The position numbers and the translations under genes are program-made. This document shows, piece by piece, positions 63,472 through 64,000 of a DNA stretch of 64,000 bases. The stretch covers positions 63,860,001 to 63,924,000 of the forward strand of contig NC_086377.1 in the NCBI RefSeq assembly GCF_036588685.1, written 5' to 3'. The notes beneath the pieces are model-generated. The model searched no databases. It saw only the letters and a program-made list of their open reading frames with translations, and was not told the DNA's origin. The DNA comes from Mytilus trossulus (taxonomy: Eukaryota). Every line of letters begins with the position of its first letter. Positions within the stretch are counted from its first letter, which is position 1.

Positions 63472-63906
63472 TTAAACACGTGAAAATCGCATGTTTAATA
63501 TTTTCCTTAAAATATCGGAAAAGTTCTCCCTATTGAACGAAAGTCCGAGTGAATTTAAAACAGACCCTGGGACGTTCTTTAAATGAATGAATATCTCTTC
63601 AGATGTGAAATGGCTGCATTCCCTTATCATTTTATTTAATTGATATCTTTGATCAAAAATTTCCTCGGCAGCATTAAACACATCTAATTCGGCAAATCCA
63701 GGATTTAAAACAAATTGAAAGTCTGCATAATCCATAAAAATAATTAAAATTGGTGAGGGAATTTTACAAAAAAAATCTCTCATTTGAATATCACATTTTG
63801 TTGTTAATTTATTATAAATACATGCAACAGATAAAGTTCTTAATGAAGGTGGAGCTGACCGCTTTCGTTTTTCACTCAGTGTCTTTTTTTCTACTTCTTC
63901 TCCCAT
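63472..63906 (-). CDS. Polinton accessory protein, 144 aa, with KRKR and a BC-box-like motif
   Basis: Good ATG context; EKRKRSAPPSLRTLSVACI; convergent with PolB. Confidence 0.7.
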   Translation of the reverse strand: MGEEVEKKTLSEKRKRSAPPSLRTLSVACIYNKLTTKCDIQMRDFFCKIPSPILIIFMDYADFQFVLNPGFAELDVFNAAEEIFDQRYQLNKMIRECSHFTSEEIFIHLKNVPGSVLNSLGLSFNRENFSDILRKILNMRFSRV

Positions 63907-64000
63907 TGTCCTTTTTCTGTTCTGATTGGCTAAAAGAAATAAATAAGATACATAAACTCTAGTAAAATAGTTTTCACATCATAAATCTACAGATACATGC

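Larger units (their letters stand above)
61347..63838 (+). repeat. Near-identical 1246-bp tandem duplication (61347-62592 / 62593-63838)
   Basis: The PolB 3' end reappears at 62593; only two substitutions noticed by eye. Confidence 0.95.
51366..64000 (+). mobile_element. Polinton/Maverick (adintovirus-like endogenous dsDNA virus), apparently intact, right end beyond the window
   Basis: AGTAGT terminus at the break in a host repeat. Uninterrupted INT, penton, MCP, protease, ATPase and pPolB ORFs. Confidence 0.95.

Overview
AT-rich metazoan genomic DNA. The repeat families and gene types look like a bivalve, probably a Mytilus-like mussel; this is inferred, not verified. Bases 1-51365 are a host mosaic containing: a multi-exon 'short-chain collagen C4-like' gene; a pseudogenised Mab-21/cGAS-like receptor; a probable BEN-domain gene broken by two 5'-truncated LINEs with clear target-site duplications (TSDs); decayed BEL/Pao, DIRS/Ngaro and YqaJ-type elements; SINEs, HINE/MITE elements, a solo LTR and hammerhead-ribozyme retrozyme repeats. 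From 51366 to the window end lies an apparently intact endogenous Polinton/Maverick (adintovirus-like) element. It has an AGTAGT terminus, integrase-chromodomain, penton, basic core protein, double-jelly-roll capsid, adenain protease, packaging ATPase, two small conserved ORFs and a 1267-aa protein-primed PolB. Its unusual features are a perfect (TAACCC)7 telomeric tract just upstream of the first TATA box, three ATGA stop/start overlaps, shared QxG(G/S)x motifs, a ~10-copy 25-bp repeat array downstream of PolB, a near-identical 1246-bp tandem duplication of that region, and a convergent ORF with a BC-box-like motif. The right end of the element lies outside the window.
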